A stretch of 64,000 nt of DNA from Alphaproteobacteria bacterium (GCA_017960645.1 JAGCYU010000004.1:7152-71151); one strand, 5' to 3'; positions 51,597 through 60,936 are shown, counted from the stretch's first letter. Translations and numbers: made by a program. Notes: a model not told the origin generated them from the letters alone.

Positions 51597-53561
51597 ATGA
51601 AATACGATTTAAAAACAGAACGCAAAGATGAATCCGGCGCAATTATGTTGGAAATTATTGCCGTTTTGGCTTTAATGGGTGTTATGGGGGCAATGTTGTT
51701 CCGCCAGATCAATCACCGTAACCAAGAATTGCACAATATTCAAATGGCATCTGAAGCTCGTATTATGAAGGAAGCTTTTTCTGCATGGATTCAAGCCAAC
51801 TTGGCCACTTTACGTAGAGATTGCAGAGCTGAATCTACAATCGATGTTATACCGTGTTCCATAAATTATTCTGCTCAATATGGGTCTACTGCAATCGGAC
51901 AAGCAATTGTTAATGATGGTTTTTTACCGGATGGTTATGATGGAAGTGGAGTCTATGCAGATAGCATAGCTTATGACTATAATCTCAGTTTGTTTTCTTA
52001 CTGGCGCGGAAACGCCACAAGCGGTGCCCCAGCATATTATGGTGTTGTCATTCCAAACCCGAATATTTTGCCAGATGGCGGGGGGGAAACAACGACATGG
52101 AACTTTAAGCGCGCAGCACGTGTTGCCATGTTAATCGGTGGCGATGGGGGTGTGTATGGCCCTGATATTACGGGGGACTCTTTATCTGGAAGTGCCGGCA
52201 GCTGGCAGTTAGACACAAAAACTGGTAGCACTTTACTTTTTATGACATCTGATCAAGCCCAATTGCCTATCTATGGTGCGGTGACGGGGTTTGATGTGTA
52301 TCAACCCGAAGTAGAAGTTGAAGATGTTAAAGTGAATATTCCAAAAGACTTTGGAATGGTGGTCAGGGATCTTGGATCCTATGGAGCATTTGCCGTGGGA
52401 ATGGGTGATGCAAATTGTTATGATAGTCGTATTCAGCATCATACAGCATTAGGAGATGGCACCATTAACCCTGATACTGTTAAAATACCAAAAAATGATG
52501 GGTCTTGTCAGGCTGTGTTGTGGGTGGATGGCGCAGATTCTAAAGTTTATACCAGTAAAGATATTGAGGTTGGCTATGATCCCGTGACTGGGGCTTCATC
52601 CGTCAGTATTAAAGGCGAAAGTGATAAAGCGGGAAAAGTTATCGTGTATGATGATCAAGGTCGTGCCAATATTATCTTAGAGGGCAAAACAGATGCAAGT
52701 ACAAGCACCGCCGCCAATACTTTAACCTTTAAGGATGGTAAGATTTTAACAAATAAGACCACGGGAAATGTAGGGGCAACAGGAAGCCAAGAGCAATATC
52801 AATACCAACTGGATCCTGCTAATACATCCGTTGTGTATGATATTCGTTTGGGTGCTATGGGTGGCATGAAACTGAGTGAACTTTTGCCAGACGTGATTTT
52901 GAAAGATGTGGGACGCATTAGTTCAGGAGGAAGGGTGACTAAGCCTTCTTGTCCAAAGGGATATGTTCCCGCCATTTTAGTGATCCCAGGTCATCAAACT
53001 CCGCGAGTAGCGGAAGGAAGTGCTGCACCTCAGATATTGCTACCTAACTCTAGCGATCCTAACAGTCCTGTGATCGGATATTTACGGCCGCCACAGTTAA
53101 AAATAAAAGATTCGGAGGATCAAGAGATTGTTAATCTTGGTACTGACCCCGCTTATACTCCAATATTCGCACAAGAGCCTACTCCAAAAGAGAGTGCGGC
53201 TGTATCGGAATGGACTATTAGCGGTTCGTCTACTACTTATCTACGTTACATTGCCTATCAAACGTTTTGTGTGAAAGATGGGACAATTGGTGCAGCCAGC
53301 GGAAATGACGTTCAGAATTTGAACAGCACAACCAAAGTGGGTACTGCATCCACATCTTTAACTGCAACGGATTGTGCCACTATGGGATTTGATTTCAGTT
53401 CAGGGAAGTGTGTTGTATGGACTTTGAACCACATCAATGCTGTGGCGGATGCCGAACAAAAAGAAAAACTTTGCCGGAGTGCAGGGTACTTTTGGGATGA
53501 CAAAGAAACCGGTAGTAATAAATGTAAAACTGCAAAGCCAAGCCAGCAACAGGGTGACTAA
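51597..53561 (+). CDS. large (654 aa) prepilin-like protein with class III signal
   Basis: The leader MKYDLKTERKDESG is followed by AIMLEIIAVLALMGVMGAML with Glu at +5. The body is long, Gly/Thr-rich and extracellular-like, and the C-terminus is Cys-containing. Confidence 0.6.
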   Translation: MKYDLKTERKDESGAIMLEIIAVLALMGVMGAMLFRQINHRNQELHNIQMASEARIMKEAFSAWIQANLATLRRDCRAESTIDVIPCSINYSAQYGSTAIGQAIVNDGFLPDGYDGSGVYADSIAYDYNLSLFSYWRGNATSGAPAYYGVVIPNPNILPDGGGETTTWNFKRAARVAMLIGGDGGVYGPDITGDSLSGSAGSWQLDTKTGSTLLFMTSDQAQLPIYGAVTGFDVYQPEVEVEDVKVNIPKDFGMVVRDLGSYGAFAVGMGDANCYDSRIQHHTALGDGTINPDTVKIPKNDGSCQAVLWVDGADSKVYTSKDIEVGYDPVTGASSVSIKGESDKAGKVIVYDDQGRANIILEGKTDASTSTAANTLTFKDGKILTNKTTGNVGATGSQEQYQYQLDPANTSVVYDIRLGAMGGMKLSELLPDVILKDVGRISSGGRVTKPSCPKGYVPAILVIPGHQTPRVAEGSAAPQILLPNSSDPNSPVIGYLRPPQLKIKDSEDQEIVNLGTDPAYTPIFAQEPTPKESAAVSEWTISGSSTTYLRYIAYQTFCVKDGTIGAASGNDVQNLNSTTKVGTASTSLTATDCATMGFDFSSGKCVVWTLNHINAVADAEQKEKLCRSAGYFWDDKETGSNKCKTAKPSQQQGD

Positions 53562-53570
53562 GTCCCCAAT

Positions 53571-53610
53571 AAAAAGGTGGTCGTGAATTACAGTTTTGCG
53601 ACCACTTTTT
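53571..53610. terminator. bidirectional terminator between the pilin-like gene and mutY
   Basis: GGTGGTCG ... CGACCAC stem flanked by A-run and T-run. Confidence 0.5.
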
Positions 53611-54559
53611 GCATCAGCTTGGAAAATGGATAGTTTTTAAAGTCTTTTTTATCAACCCATATTCCATCGGGGCAAATATTGGTTTTCCCTGAGGTTAAAT
53701 AAAGTGTCAATTTAAAATGCGTAAACACATGAACAACTTTGGACGCATCAATCGGGGCAGTTGTAACCTCTTGCCATGGAAATTCCCACAATCCGTGTAA
53801 CAATCCCTTTTCTGTGCGTTTGCGAATCAAATATCGCCCTTGGCTATCCCGAATAATATAAACTAATCCCGCCTTTTCCTTTTTTTCCAACTTTTTGATC
53901 TTGGGTATTTGATTTTGTATTTTTTTTTGAGCGGCAATGCAAAGCCCATGCCATGGACATTCGTTGCACTTTGGATTCGTTGGTGTACAAAGCATGGCAC
54001 CTAAATCCATGATAGCGCTTGCATAATCCGCCCCATGTTTTAAAGAGGTCAGCTTTTGAGCCAGCGGATAGATTGTGGAGGCATTTACTTCTTGTATTAT
54101 CCCATAAAACCGGGCTATCACACGAATAACGTTGCCATCAACTACTGTTTCCGGCCGGTTAAAAGCAAAACAGCAAATGCTGGAGGCAGAGTAGGGGCCA
54201 ATACCGGGCAATTTTAATAATTCATCGCGCGTGGTCGGTATTTGGCCTTGATACTGATCCATTAACACTTTGGCACATTCATGAATTTTGCGTGCTCGTG
54301 TATAATAACCCATGCCTTGCCAAGTCAATAAAACGTCTTGAATATCAGCCGTGGCCAAAGCTTGAACCGTTGGAAAACGCTCCATCCACTTTTGAAAGTA
54401 ATTTAAAACAGTAGCAACGGTTGTTTGTTGCAACATAATCTCGCTGATCCACACTTCATAAGGGCTTTTATGGGCACTGCCGATGGTACGCCATGGTAAC
54501 CTGCGCCCATTTTTATAATACCATTTTAATAAAGCCTGTGTCGGGTTAATTTTTGTCAT
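53588..54559 (-). CDS. mutY: A/G-specific adenine DNA glycosylase MutY
   Basis: HhH-GPD domain with a 4-Cys cluster, plus a C-terminal NUDIX-like domain. Confidence 0.9.
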   Translation of the reverse strand: MTKINPTQALLKWYYKNGRRLPWRTIGSAHKSPYEVWISEIMLQQTTVATVLNYFQKWMERFPTVQALATADIQDVLLTWQGMGYYTRARKIHECAKVLMDQYQGQIPTTRDELLKLPGIGPYSASSICCFAFNRPETVVDGNVIRVIARFYGIIQEVNASTIYPLAQKLTSLKHGADYASAIMDLGAMLCTPTNPKCNECPWHGLCIAAQKKIQNQIPKIKKLEKKEKAGLVYIIRDSQGRYLIRKRTEKGLLHGLWEFPWQEVTTAPIDASKVVHVFTHFKLTLYLTSGKTNICPDGIWVDKKDFKNYPFSKLMQKVVAKL

Positions 54560-56630
54560 CAGATTCTGGCGGCAGCTTGTTTAAATCCGGTTCATCCGGA
54601 TTATCCGGTTCCGATTCCTGCGGTTGTTCGTTAAAGATTTGCTCTTCCAAAGTAGGCTCAGCTTCAGCGGGCATTTCTTGTGGCAATTCTTCAGTTTCTT
54701 CAGCTTCTGGTTCCGCCGTTTGCTCTGATTCTGTTTCTGGCTCGGACGTTTCCTCTTGCTCTAATTCTTGTGGTGTTTTAATGTCCGGCACGGGGTCTTC
54801 CTCATCCAAAGCCGCCTTTTCCGCCACAGCTTTATCCAGCATTTCTTTTTCTGGATTTTCGGTTTGCTCCGGTTCAACTATGCGATTGTTTGTCGTTTTG
54901 GCATATACACGTAACTTACGTCCAGAACTATCCACATTCAAAAACACCTCTTGACCCGGGTGAATACGCTCTTGCATAATCAAAAGAGCTAACGGTGTTT
55001 CCACTTGCTCTTGAATTAAGCGCTTTAAAGCACGAACACCAAACTTGGATGTAAAGACTTCATCCACAAACCATTGTTTGGCGCTGTCGTGGACTGTCAC
55101 TTTGTAACCGACTGCCTCTGCACGCTTTAACAGCTTATTCAAATGAATATCCACAATTTTCAATAAATCATCTTCTGTCAATTGGTGGAACGATACAATA
55201 TCGTCCAAACGGTTTAAAAATTCGGGGCGGAAGTAATCTGTTAACCTTTCAACACGTTGATAGCTGGGTAAGTTTGCCCCAACGTTGGATGTTAAAATAA
55301 GTATTGTGTTCCTGAAATCCACCGTAACGCCTTTACTGTCCGTTAAACGTCCTTCATCTAATAATTGCAACATTAAGTTCAAAATGTCCAAATGTGCCTT
55401 TTCAATTTCATCAAATAAAACAACTTGGAATGGTTTTAAGCGAATAGATTCTGTTAACAAGCCGCCAGCTTCAAAACCTGGAGAGCCCGGAGGAGGGCCA
55501 ATCAACCGCGCGACAGACGACCTTTCCATATATTCGGACATATCCAACCTCATCAAAGCCGTTTCATCATTAAACATGAATTCGGCCAAAGATTTTGCCA
55601 ATTCTGTTTTTCCCACACCAGTTGTTCCGATAAATAAGAAAGATCCTAAAGGCCGGTTAGGGTCTTGCATACCAGAACGTGCACGGCGGATTGCATCTGC
55701 AACGACCTTAACAGCATTGTCTTGCCCCACAACTCGTTGGCGTAAAATTTCTTCTGCACGTGCCATACGCGCTTTATCTTCAGCATCAACTTTTTCCACA
55801 GGTATGCCCGTCCAATCCGAAATTGTGCGATAGCAAAACTCTTGTGTCAGTGTATTTGCTTCTTGAGCTACTTCTCCCCGGGCAATATCCATCATCAATA
55901 AACTGGCCGAATCATCCAATAAATCCAAAGCTTTTTCCGGAAAATAGCGCTGTTTAATATATCGCCCTGTCAGCTGGCAAGCAACTTTGACAGTCTCTGG
56001 AGGAATAACTATATCATAGTGTTCCTCATAGCGTCCTTTACGAGCCATAACAATATCAATACTTTCTTCTAACGTCGGCTCTGCCAACATGATAGGTTGT
56101 ACACAGCCCATGACAGCTAAATCCTTTTCAAACTCAGTTACATAGCTTTGCGTATCTGCTTCAATCAAACAATTGACCCGTCCCGCCAATAGAGAAAGTT
56201 TTAAAAATTTAGCAGGTTCTTTATTTTCTGGCACAGAAGGGATATGGACTAGCAAGCTGATATCTTTAATATATAGTACGCGTTGTCCATCACTGGCTAT
56301 GATAGTTTGTAAAACTTGTTTGGTCAGTTCGGCATATTCTGCGTCGGAAGAAGAATCCAGCATCAATTGTGAAATGTTCAATCCCACAACTTCACGTGTT
56401 TGCATATATTCGGGGGCATTTTCAGATGCCATAAAGCTAATAAGACCTTCAATTAAAGCAGTTTTTCCAATGCCACTTGGCCCAACAACAATAGGATTGT
56501 TTTTATTGTCACGTAATAGAATATGAATCATACGTTCCAGTTCTTTTTCACGTCCAATTAGGGACAGTATCTCTCCATCCTTTGCCATTTGTGTGTAGTT
56601 GATTAAATATTTGTTTGAATCAATTGCCAT
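54546..56630 (-). CDS. Clp/Hsp100-family AAA+ ATPase (two NBDs, no N-domain or long M-domain, acidic Pro/Glu-rich C-terminal tail)
   Basis: NBD1 Walker A is GPSGIGKTAL. NBD2 is GTTGVGKTELAKSLA ... VVLFDEIEKAH. NBD1 Walker B reads VLYIKD (non-canonical). The last ~90 aa are E/P/T-rich. Confidence 0.75.
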   Translation of the reverse strand: MAIDSNKYLINYTQMAKDGEILSLIGREKELERMIHILLRDNKNNPIVVGPSGIGKTALIEGLISFMASENAPEYMQTREVVGLNISQLMLDSSSDAEYAELTKQVLQTIIASDGQRVLYIKDISLLVHIPSVPENKEPAKFLKLSLLAGRVNCLIEADTQSYVTEFEKDLAVMGCVQPIMLAEPTLEESIDIVMARKGRYEEHYDIVIPPETVKVACQLTGRYIKQRYFPEKALDLLDDSASLLMMDIARGEVAQEANTLTQEFCYRTISDWTGIPVEKVDAEDKARMARAEEILRQRVVGQDNAVKVVADAIRRARSGMQDPNRPLGSFLFIGTTGVGKTELAKSLAEFMFNDETALMRLDMSEYMERSSVARLIGPPPGSPGFEAGGLLTESIRLKPFQVVLFDEIEKAHLDILNLMLQLLDEGRLTDSKGVTVDFRNTILILTSNVGANLPSYQRVERLTDYFRPEFLNRLDDIVSFHQLTEDDLLKIVDIHLNKLLKRAEAVGYKVTVHDSAKQWFVDEVFTSKFGVRALKRLIQEQVETPLALLIMQERIHPGQEVFLNVDSSGRKLRVYAKTTNNRIVEPEQTENPEKEMLDKAVAEKAALDEEDPVPDIKTPQELEQEETSEPETESEQTAEPEAEETEELPQEMPAEAEPTLEEQIFNEQPQESEPDNPDEPDLNKLPPESDDKN

Positions 56631-56642
56631 ATTCGCATCCTC

Positions 56643-57572
56643 TTAATATGAAAAAGCAAACTCATTTTTTGGGGGACGTTCCTTTTCAATATCCTCTGCA
56701 GCAAAATAGTCATAAGCATATGCTCTGATATCTACAAGAGCAATCATGGCATTATAGGCAGTTCCAAACATTTGAACTTTCATAAATGCCTTTTGCGGAT
56801 CCCCCCAAATCATATTTTGAGCATCATCAGGATGCCCATAAGTATTATAGATAGCGGCCCAAAACTCCCTTTGACGTTGTAATTTTTTTTGCGTGTTGAT
56901 GGTCGTAAAGTTGAGTGAGCTATCCCCATAGTTGTAATAGATAATTTTATACAATTCATTGGACGTATTATGACTGGTAAAGAAAAGGGAAATAGCTTCG
57001 TTTTTGCCTCGCGTCATATCAATTTGAGATATGTAGGATTGACGCTCAGCTCGGGCAAAATTTCTGATGCAAGAACGTAAATCTTGTGGAACATAAACGC
57101 CTTGCTTTTGACAACGATTGGCGTAATCAGAAGCATAAAACCTGGGAACATCTTCTTGTTTGAGTTTTAACGTATATCCGGCTTGTTCCGCTTGCTCTAA
57201 TGTTTCTTCTACAGACATGCCCAAATAAAAGCCATGTACGTCAAAACCATGCACATTATGAAGTGGAATGTTTGATGGATTAGCAGATGCTCCGTTAACA
57301 ACATGGGTTGTTTGATCTGGCAAATTTATCACAGAAGAAGGTGTTGTTTCTTGTGCCAGTTGCTCTGGCTCAGATGGAACAACAGGTTCGGGTTGCGTTA
57401 AATCAATCGTAACATCTGGTAAAGGTGGCGGGGTCAAATGCAATTGTTCTAAAGGTTTTGCCCCAGAGCCTAATAGAGGTTGTTCATCATCAAACAAAGA
57501 AATATTAACATTCTGAGCTTGTGCTATAGATGAGATTAACAAGCTTAAAAAAAGTATTCCATTGAACCTCAT
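56643..57572 (-). CDS. secreted hypothetical protein with Pro-rich linker
   Basis: Signal peptide MRFNGILFLSLLISSIAQA at an internal Met. I recognise no family. Confidence 0.45.
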   Translation of the reverse strand: MRFNGILFLSLLISSIAQAQNVNISLFDDEQPLLGSGAKPLEQLHLTPPPLPDVTIDLTQPEPVVPSEPEQLAQETTPSSVINLPDQTTHVVNGASANPSNIPLHNVHGFDVHGFYLGMSVEETLEQAEQAGYTLKLKQEDVPRFYASDYANRCQKQGVYVPQDLRSCIRNFARAERQSYISQIDMTRGKNEAISLFFTSHNTSNELYKIIYYNYGDSSLNFTTINTQKKLQRQREFWAAIYNTYGHPDDAQNMIWGDPQKAFMKVQMFGTAYNAMIALVDIRAYAYDYFAAEDIEKERPPKNEFAFSY

Positions 57573-57681
57573 ACTCGCATACGCCCCCAATTTTTTACTT
57601 GACTTTTGATGTAAATTCAGGTCAAATAACCCTAACTTGTTATTAGTTGTAGCTAAAATATTTGGAAAAATCAAGGGAAAA

Positions 57682-58470
57682 ATGGGAAAATTTAAATATA
57701 TATTTGTTTTTGGCTTTTTGCCTTTAGTTATGACAGGATGTGCTACCTGTCCAACAGATCCTGCCGAGGCAGAACTATATCATCAAACAAATGACCCTTT
57801 AGAACCTATGAACCGTGGTATTTTTGCTTTTAACCAAATGGCAGAAGGCGCCATTTTACGTCCAATTGCCAAAGGGTATCGTTTCATTATGCCTGAGCTT
57901 GTGCGCAATTCAATTGCCAATTTTTTTGATAACTTAAAACAGCCTGTTTATTTTGCTAATGCCTTGTTACAAGGTGAGTTTAAAAGTGCAGGGGCTATTT
58001 TAGGACGCTTTACGTTGAATACAATTTGGGGTGTAGGCGGTTTGTTTGACATTGCAACCGAGGCCAATATTCCTAATCCTGAGAATGATTTTGGGCAGAC
58101 TTTAGCCAAGTGGGGCTGGAGAGGAGATGGTGGCCCTTATTTGATGTTGCCGATATTGGGACCATCTGATGTGCGGGATGGCATAGGTCGTGGCGTTGAT
58201 GCTTTGGCAGAACCTGCTACATGGTTGGTGGAACCAGAAGTTTGGTACACCGGTTGGGCGGTGAATAATATCAATGCGTATGCTAACAATATAGATTTAT
58301 TGGAAAATTTGGAAAAATCGTCTGCTGACTATTATGCAGCGCTCAGAACGATGTATCGCCAAAATCGGGCTAAAAAGATCAATTCTGTCATTGATAGTAC
58401 TGAAACAACCGAAGAAAAAGCACCTGCTTATGAAGCAGACTTTTCGGATATAGATTGGGAGGATGAATAA
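57682..58470 (+). CDS. mlaA: phospholipid-binding lipoprotein MlaA (VacJ)
   Basis: Lipobox LVMTGC and the VacJ family motif PMNRGIFAFNQ. Confidence 0.85.
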   Translation: MGKFKYIFVFGFLPLVMTGCATCPTDPAEAELYHQTNDPLEPMNRGIFAFNQMAEGAILRPIAKGYRFIMPELVRNSIANFFDNLKQPVYFANALLQGEFKSAGAILGRFTLNTIWGVGGLFDIATEANIPNPENDFGQTLAKWGWRGDGGPYLMLPILGPSDVRDGIGRGVDALAEPATWLVEPEVWYTGWAVNNINAYANNIDLLENLEKSSADYYAALRTMYRQNRAKKINSVIDSTETTEEKAPAYEADFSDIDWEDE

Positions 58471-59069
58471 TGAAAAAATTAACAGCTTTAATATGTGCCA
58501 TGATGTTATCTGTGTCTGTAATGGCTGCGCAAAATCCAGCAATTAGCTTTGTGGATGATTTGGCGGATGATATCATCTCAAATGTTTTGACCGCAGAGGT
58601 CACTCCTGAGCAAAAGCTTGAAACATTCAGAGCCGCTTTTACAAAGGCGGTGGATTTGAAATCTGTCGGACAGTTTGTGCTGGGCGTTTATTGGCGCAAG
58701 GCAAATGATGCGGATAAACAAGAGTTTTTGGATGCCTTTACGGAATTTACAACCAAAACATGGGCAGACCGGTTTGATATGTATCATGGGCAAGACATTT
58801 TATTCACCGGCGTTAGAAATGCCGAACGTAACCAGTACTATGTGGATAGCCAGATTCAAGATAAAGAACCCGTTGAGGTTATTTGGCGCTTACGTCAAAA
58901 AGGAGACTCCTATAAGATTATAGATATTATCGTAGAAGGAGTCAGTATGGCCATGAGCTACCGCAACGAATACAGCGCTGTTTTGCAACAAAATGGCGGA
59001 AATGTAAAGGCTTTAGCCGAAGAATTGCGCAAGAAGAGTGCAGCATTTGACAACCAAAACAAAAAATAG
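58470..59069 (+). CDS. mlaC: phospholipid-binding periplasmic protein MlaC (Ttg2D)
   Basis: Signal peptide plus an MlaC-like sequence (FVLGVYWRKANDADKQEFLDAF). Confidence 0.8.
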   Translation: MKKLTALICAMMLSVSVMAAQNPAISFVDDLADDIISNVLTAEVTPEQKLETFRAAFTKAVDLKSVGQFVLGVYWRKANDADKQEFLDAFTEFTTKTWADRFDMYHGQDILFTGVRNAERNQYYVDSQIQDKEPVEVIWRLRQKGDSYKIIDIIVEGVSMAMSYRNEYSAVLQQNGGNVKALAEELRKKSAAFDNQNKK

Positions 59070-59097
59070 TTGACAAAAAATTGTTTTGTGCTATACT
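59070..59097 (+). promoter_or_regulatory. sigma70-type promoter (TTGACA-16-TATACT)
   Basis: TTGACA at 59070-59075 and TATACT at 59092-59097, upstream of the small Cys-containing protein gene. Confidence 0.45.
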
Positions 59098-59156
59098 ATA
59101 ATAGTGCAAGGGGAACCTTGAGCCAAGGGAACTAGATACTGTTATAGGAGGAGTAT

Positions 59157-59486
59157 ATGAATAAACTTTGGAAAAATCCAGTATTAGCAGGTTTTGTAGC
59201 TTTAACCATGGCTAGCGGTGCTGGTTGTGTTAATCCGGCTAATTTAAACTATACCTATCGGGATGTAGGACGCATTCAATGTAATAGAGCTTATGTGCAA
59301 GAAGTTAATGAAGGATGGTTTGATGCACTTTGTGGAAGCATACGTGGATTTGGTAACGTGTGCCAAGAAGCAGGTAGCGCGGGTCAAAATCTAGGTTATG
59401 CAGCAGACCAGTGGACTAGAGCAGCTAAAAATGGGGCTTGTTTGGCTGATGAGGGTTGGCAAGCGGTACGCCATGGAAGATGGTAA
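59157..59486 (+). CDS. small secreted/lipoprotein-like 4-Cys protein
   Basis: Signal peptide with a possible lipobox (MASGAGC). 109 aa. I recognise no family. Confidence 0.45.
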   Translation: MNKLWKNPVLAGFVALTMASGAGCVNPANLNYTYRDVGRIQCNRAYVQEVNEGWFDALCGSIRGFGNVCQEAGSAGQNLGYAADQWTRAAKNGACLADEGWQAVRHGRW

Positions 59487-59498
59487 TAAAATCATCTG

Positions 59499-59527
59499 TT
59501 GACTTTTGTGGGGAGATTGGTTATAAT
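59499..59527 (+). promoter_or_regulatory. sigma70 promoter for glyQS (TTGACT-17-TATAAT) embedded in a perfect 9-bp inverted repeat
   Basis: TTGACT at 59499-59504 and TATAAT at 59522-59527. GGGGAGATT at 59510-59518 and AATCTCCCC at 59525-59533 flank the -10. Confidence 0.6.
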
Positions 59528-59557
59528 CTCCCCATAATTTTTTATAAGGAGTGAAAA

Positions 59558-60919
59558 ATGCCAGCAAAAAGTATGGATGAAATTGTTTCTTTATGTAAAC
59601 GTCGTGGTTTTGTTTTTCAAGGAAGTGAAGTCTATGGTGGATTAAAAGGGACCTATGACTTTGGACCTTTAGGCGTTGAATTAAAAAAGAATATTCGTCA
59701 AGCTTGGTGGCGTGCGATGGTTTATGAACGTGATGACATAGAGGGGTTGGAATGCGCCCATATTTCTCATCCATTGGTATGGAAATATTCGGGTCATGAA
59801 GCTGGCTTTTTTGATTTATTACAAGACTGTAAAAAGTGCAAAGCGCGTTTGCGTTCGGACCATTTAGTGGATGGAAAATGCCCAAACTGTGGTTCCACGG
59901 ATTTAACTGAGCCACGTCCGTTCATGTTAATGATGAAAACCAATATCGGGCCTGTGGATGATGGGTCCAGCTTTGCATATTTGCGTCCGGAAACGGCTCA
60001 AGGGACATACCTCAACTTTAAGAATGTTGTGGATGCTACCGCTCGTAAGTTACCTTTTGGTATTTGTCAACATGGTAAATCTTTCCGGAATGAAATTACC
60101 CCGCGTAACTTTTTGTTCCGTCAACGTGAGTTTGAACAGGCTGAGATGCAATATTTTGTTCAACCAGGAACAGATGAAGATTGGTGGAAGAAATGGCGTG
60201 AAATTCGGACTGCCTGGTGGGTAGAGCAAGGAATTCCAGCCGAAAAGTTGCGTTTTCATCCGCATGACAAGCTAGCTCACTATGCCAAAATGGCTGGGGA
60301 TATTGAATATGAATTTCCTTGGGGTTTTGATGAGGTAGAGGGTATTCATGATCGCCAAGACTTTGATTTGGGTTCCCATACCAAAAACCAAGACAAATAT
60401 CCTATTCAAGCTAAAGTGCTTAAAAATACAGATTCCACCGTTGAAATGTCCTATACAGATGTGATGGATGGCAATAAAAAATTCATTCCGTTTGTGGTTG
60501 AAACCGCTATGGGACTGGATCGTGCCTTTATTGCTTTAATGATGCAAGCCTATACCGAGGAAACTTTGCCTAATGGTGAAACAAGGTTGGTGTTAAAATT
60601 AAAAAAACACTTGGCGCCTGTCAAGGTAGCTGTGATTCCTTTGAAGCGCAATAATGAACAGATTGTTACTTTGGCGCACCAGATTAAAGAGGATTTATTA
60701 AAAACAGGTATCGGGCGAGTTATGTTGGAAGATTCCGGCAATATCGGTAAGGCCTATCGCCGTCATGATGAAATCGGGACACCAATTTGCATTACTGTGG
60801 ATTTTGAATCTATTGAGCAAAGCCCTGCAACAGTTACTTTGCGTAACCGGGACACTATGGCACAAGAGCGCGTAGCTGTGGCCGATTTGCCGAAGTATTT
60901 GAAAGAATTCTTCTTATAA
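59558..60919 (+). CDS. glyQS: glycyl-tRNA synthetase, dimeric alpha2 (class II, archaeal/eukaryote-like) type
   Basis: 453 aa single-chain GlyRS (YGGLKGTYDFGPLG ... FRNEITPR ... ) with a C-terminal anticodon-binding domain. Confidence 0.9.
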   Translation: MPAKSMDEIVSLCKRRGFVFQGSEVYGGLKGTYDFGPLGVELKKNIRQAWWRAMVYERDDIEGLECAHISHPLVWKYSGHEAGFFDLLQDCKKCKARLRSDHLVDGKCPNCGSTDLTEPRPFMLMMKTNIGPVDDGSSFAYLRPETAQGTYLNFKNVVDATARKLPFGICQHGKSFRNEITPRNFLFRQREFEQAEMQYFVQPGTDEDWWKKWREIRTAWWVEQGIPAEKLRFHPHDKLAHYAKMAGDIEYEFPWGFDEVEGIHDRQDFDLGSHTKNQDKYPIQAKVLKNTDSTVEMSYTDVMDGNKKFIPFVVETAMGLDRAFIALMMQAYTEETLPNGETRLVLKLKKHLAPVKVAVIPLKRNNEQIVTLAHQIKEDLLKTGIGRVMLEDSGNIGKAYRRHDEIGTPICITVDFESIEQSPATVTLRNRDTMAQERVAVADLPKYLKEFFL

Positions 60920-60936
60920 AATTAAGTTTTCTTGAC

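Noticed and set aside
54553-55833. Plus-strand ORFs of 133 aa and 182 aa inside the Clp ATPase gene (54553-54954 and 55285-55833)
   Set aside because: They are antisense to a well-supported AAA+ gene. The first is just the Ser/Gly-rich mirror image of the Glu/Pro-rich tail.
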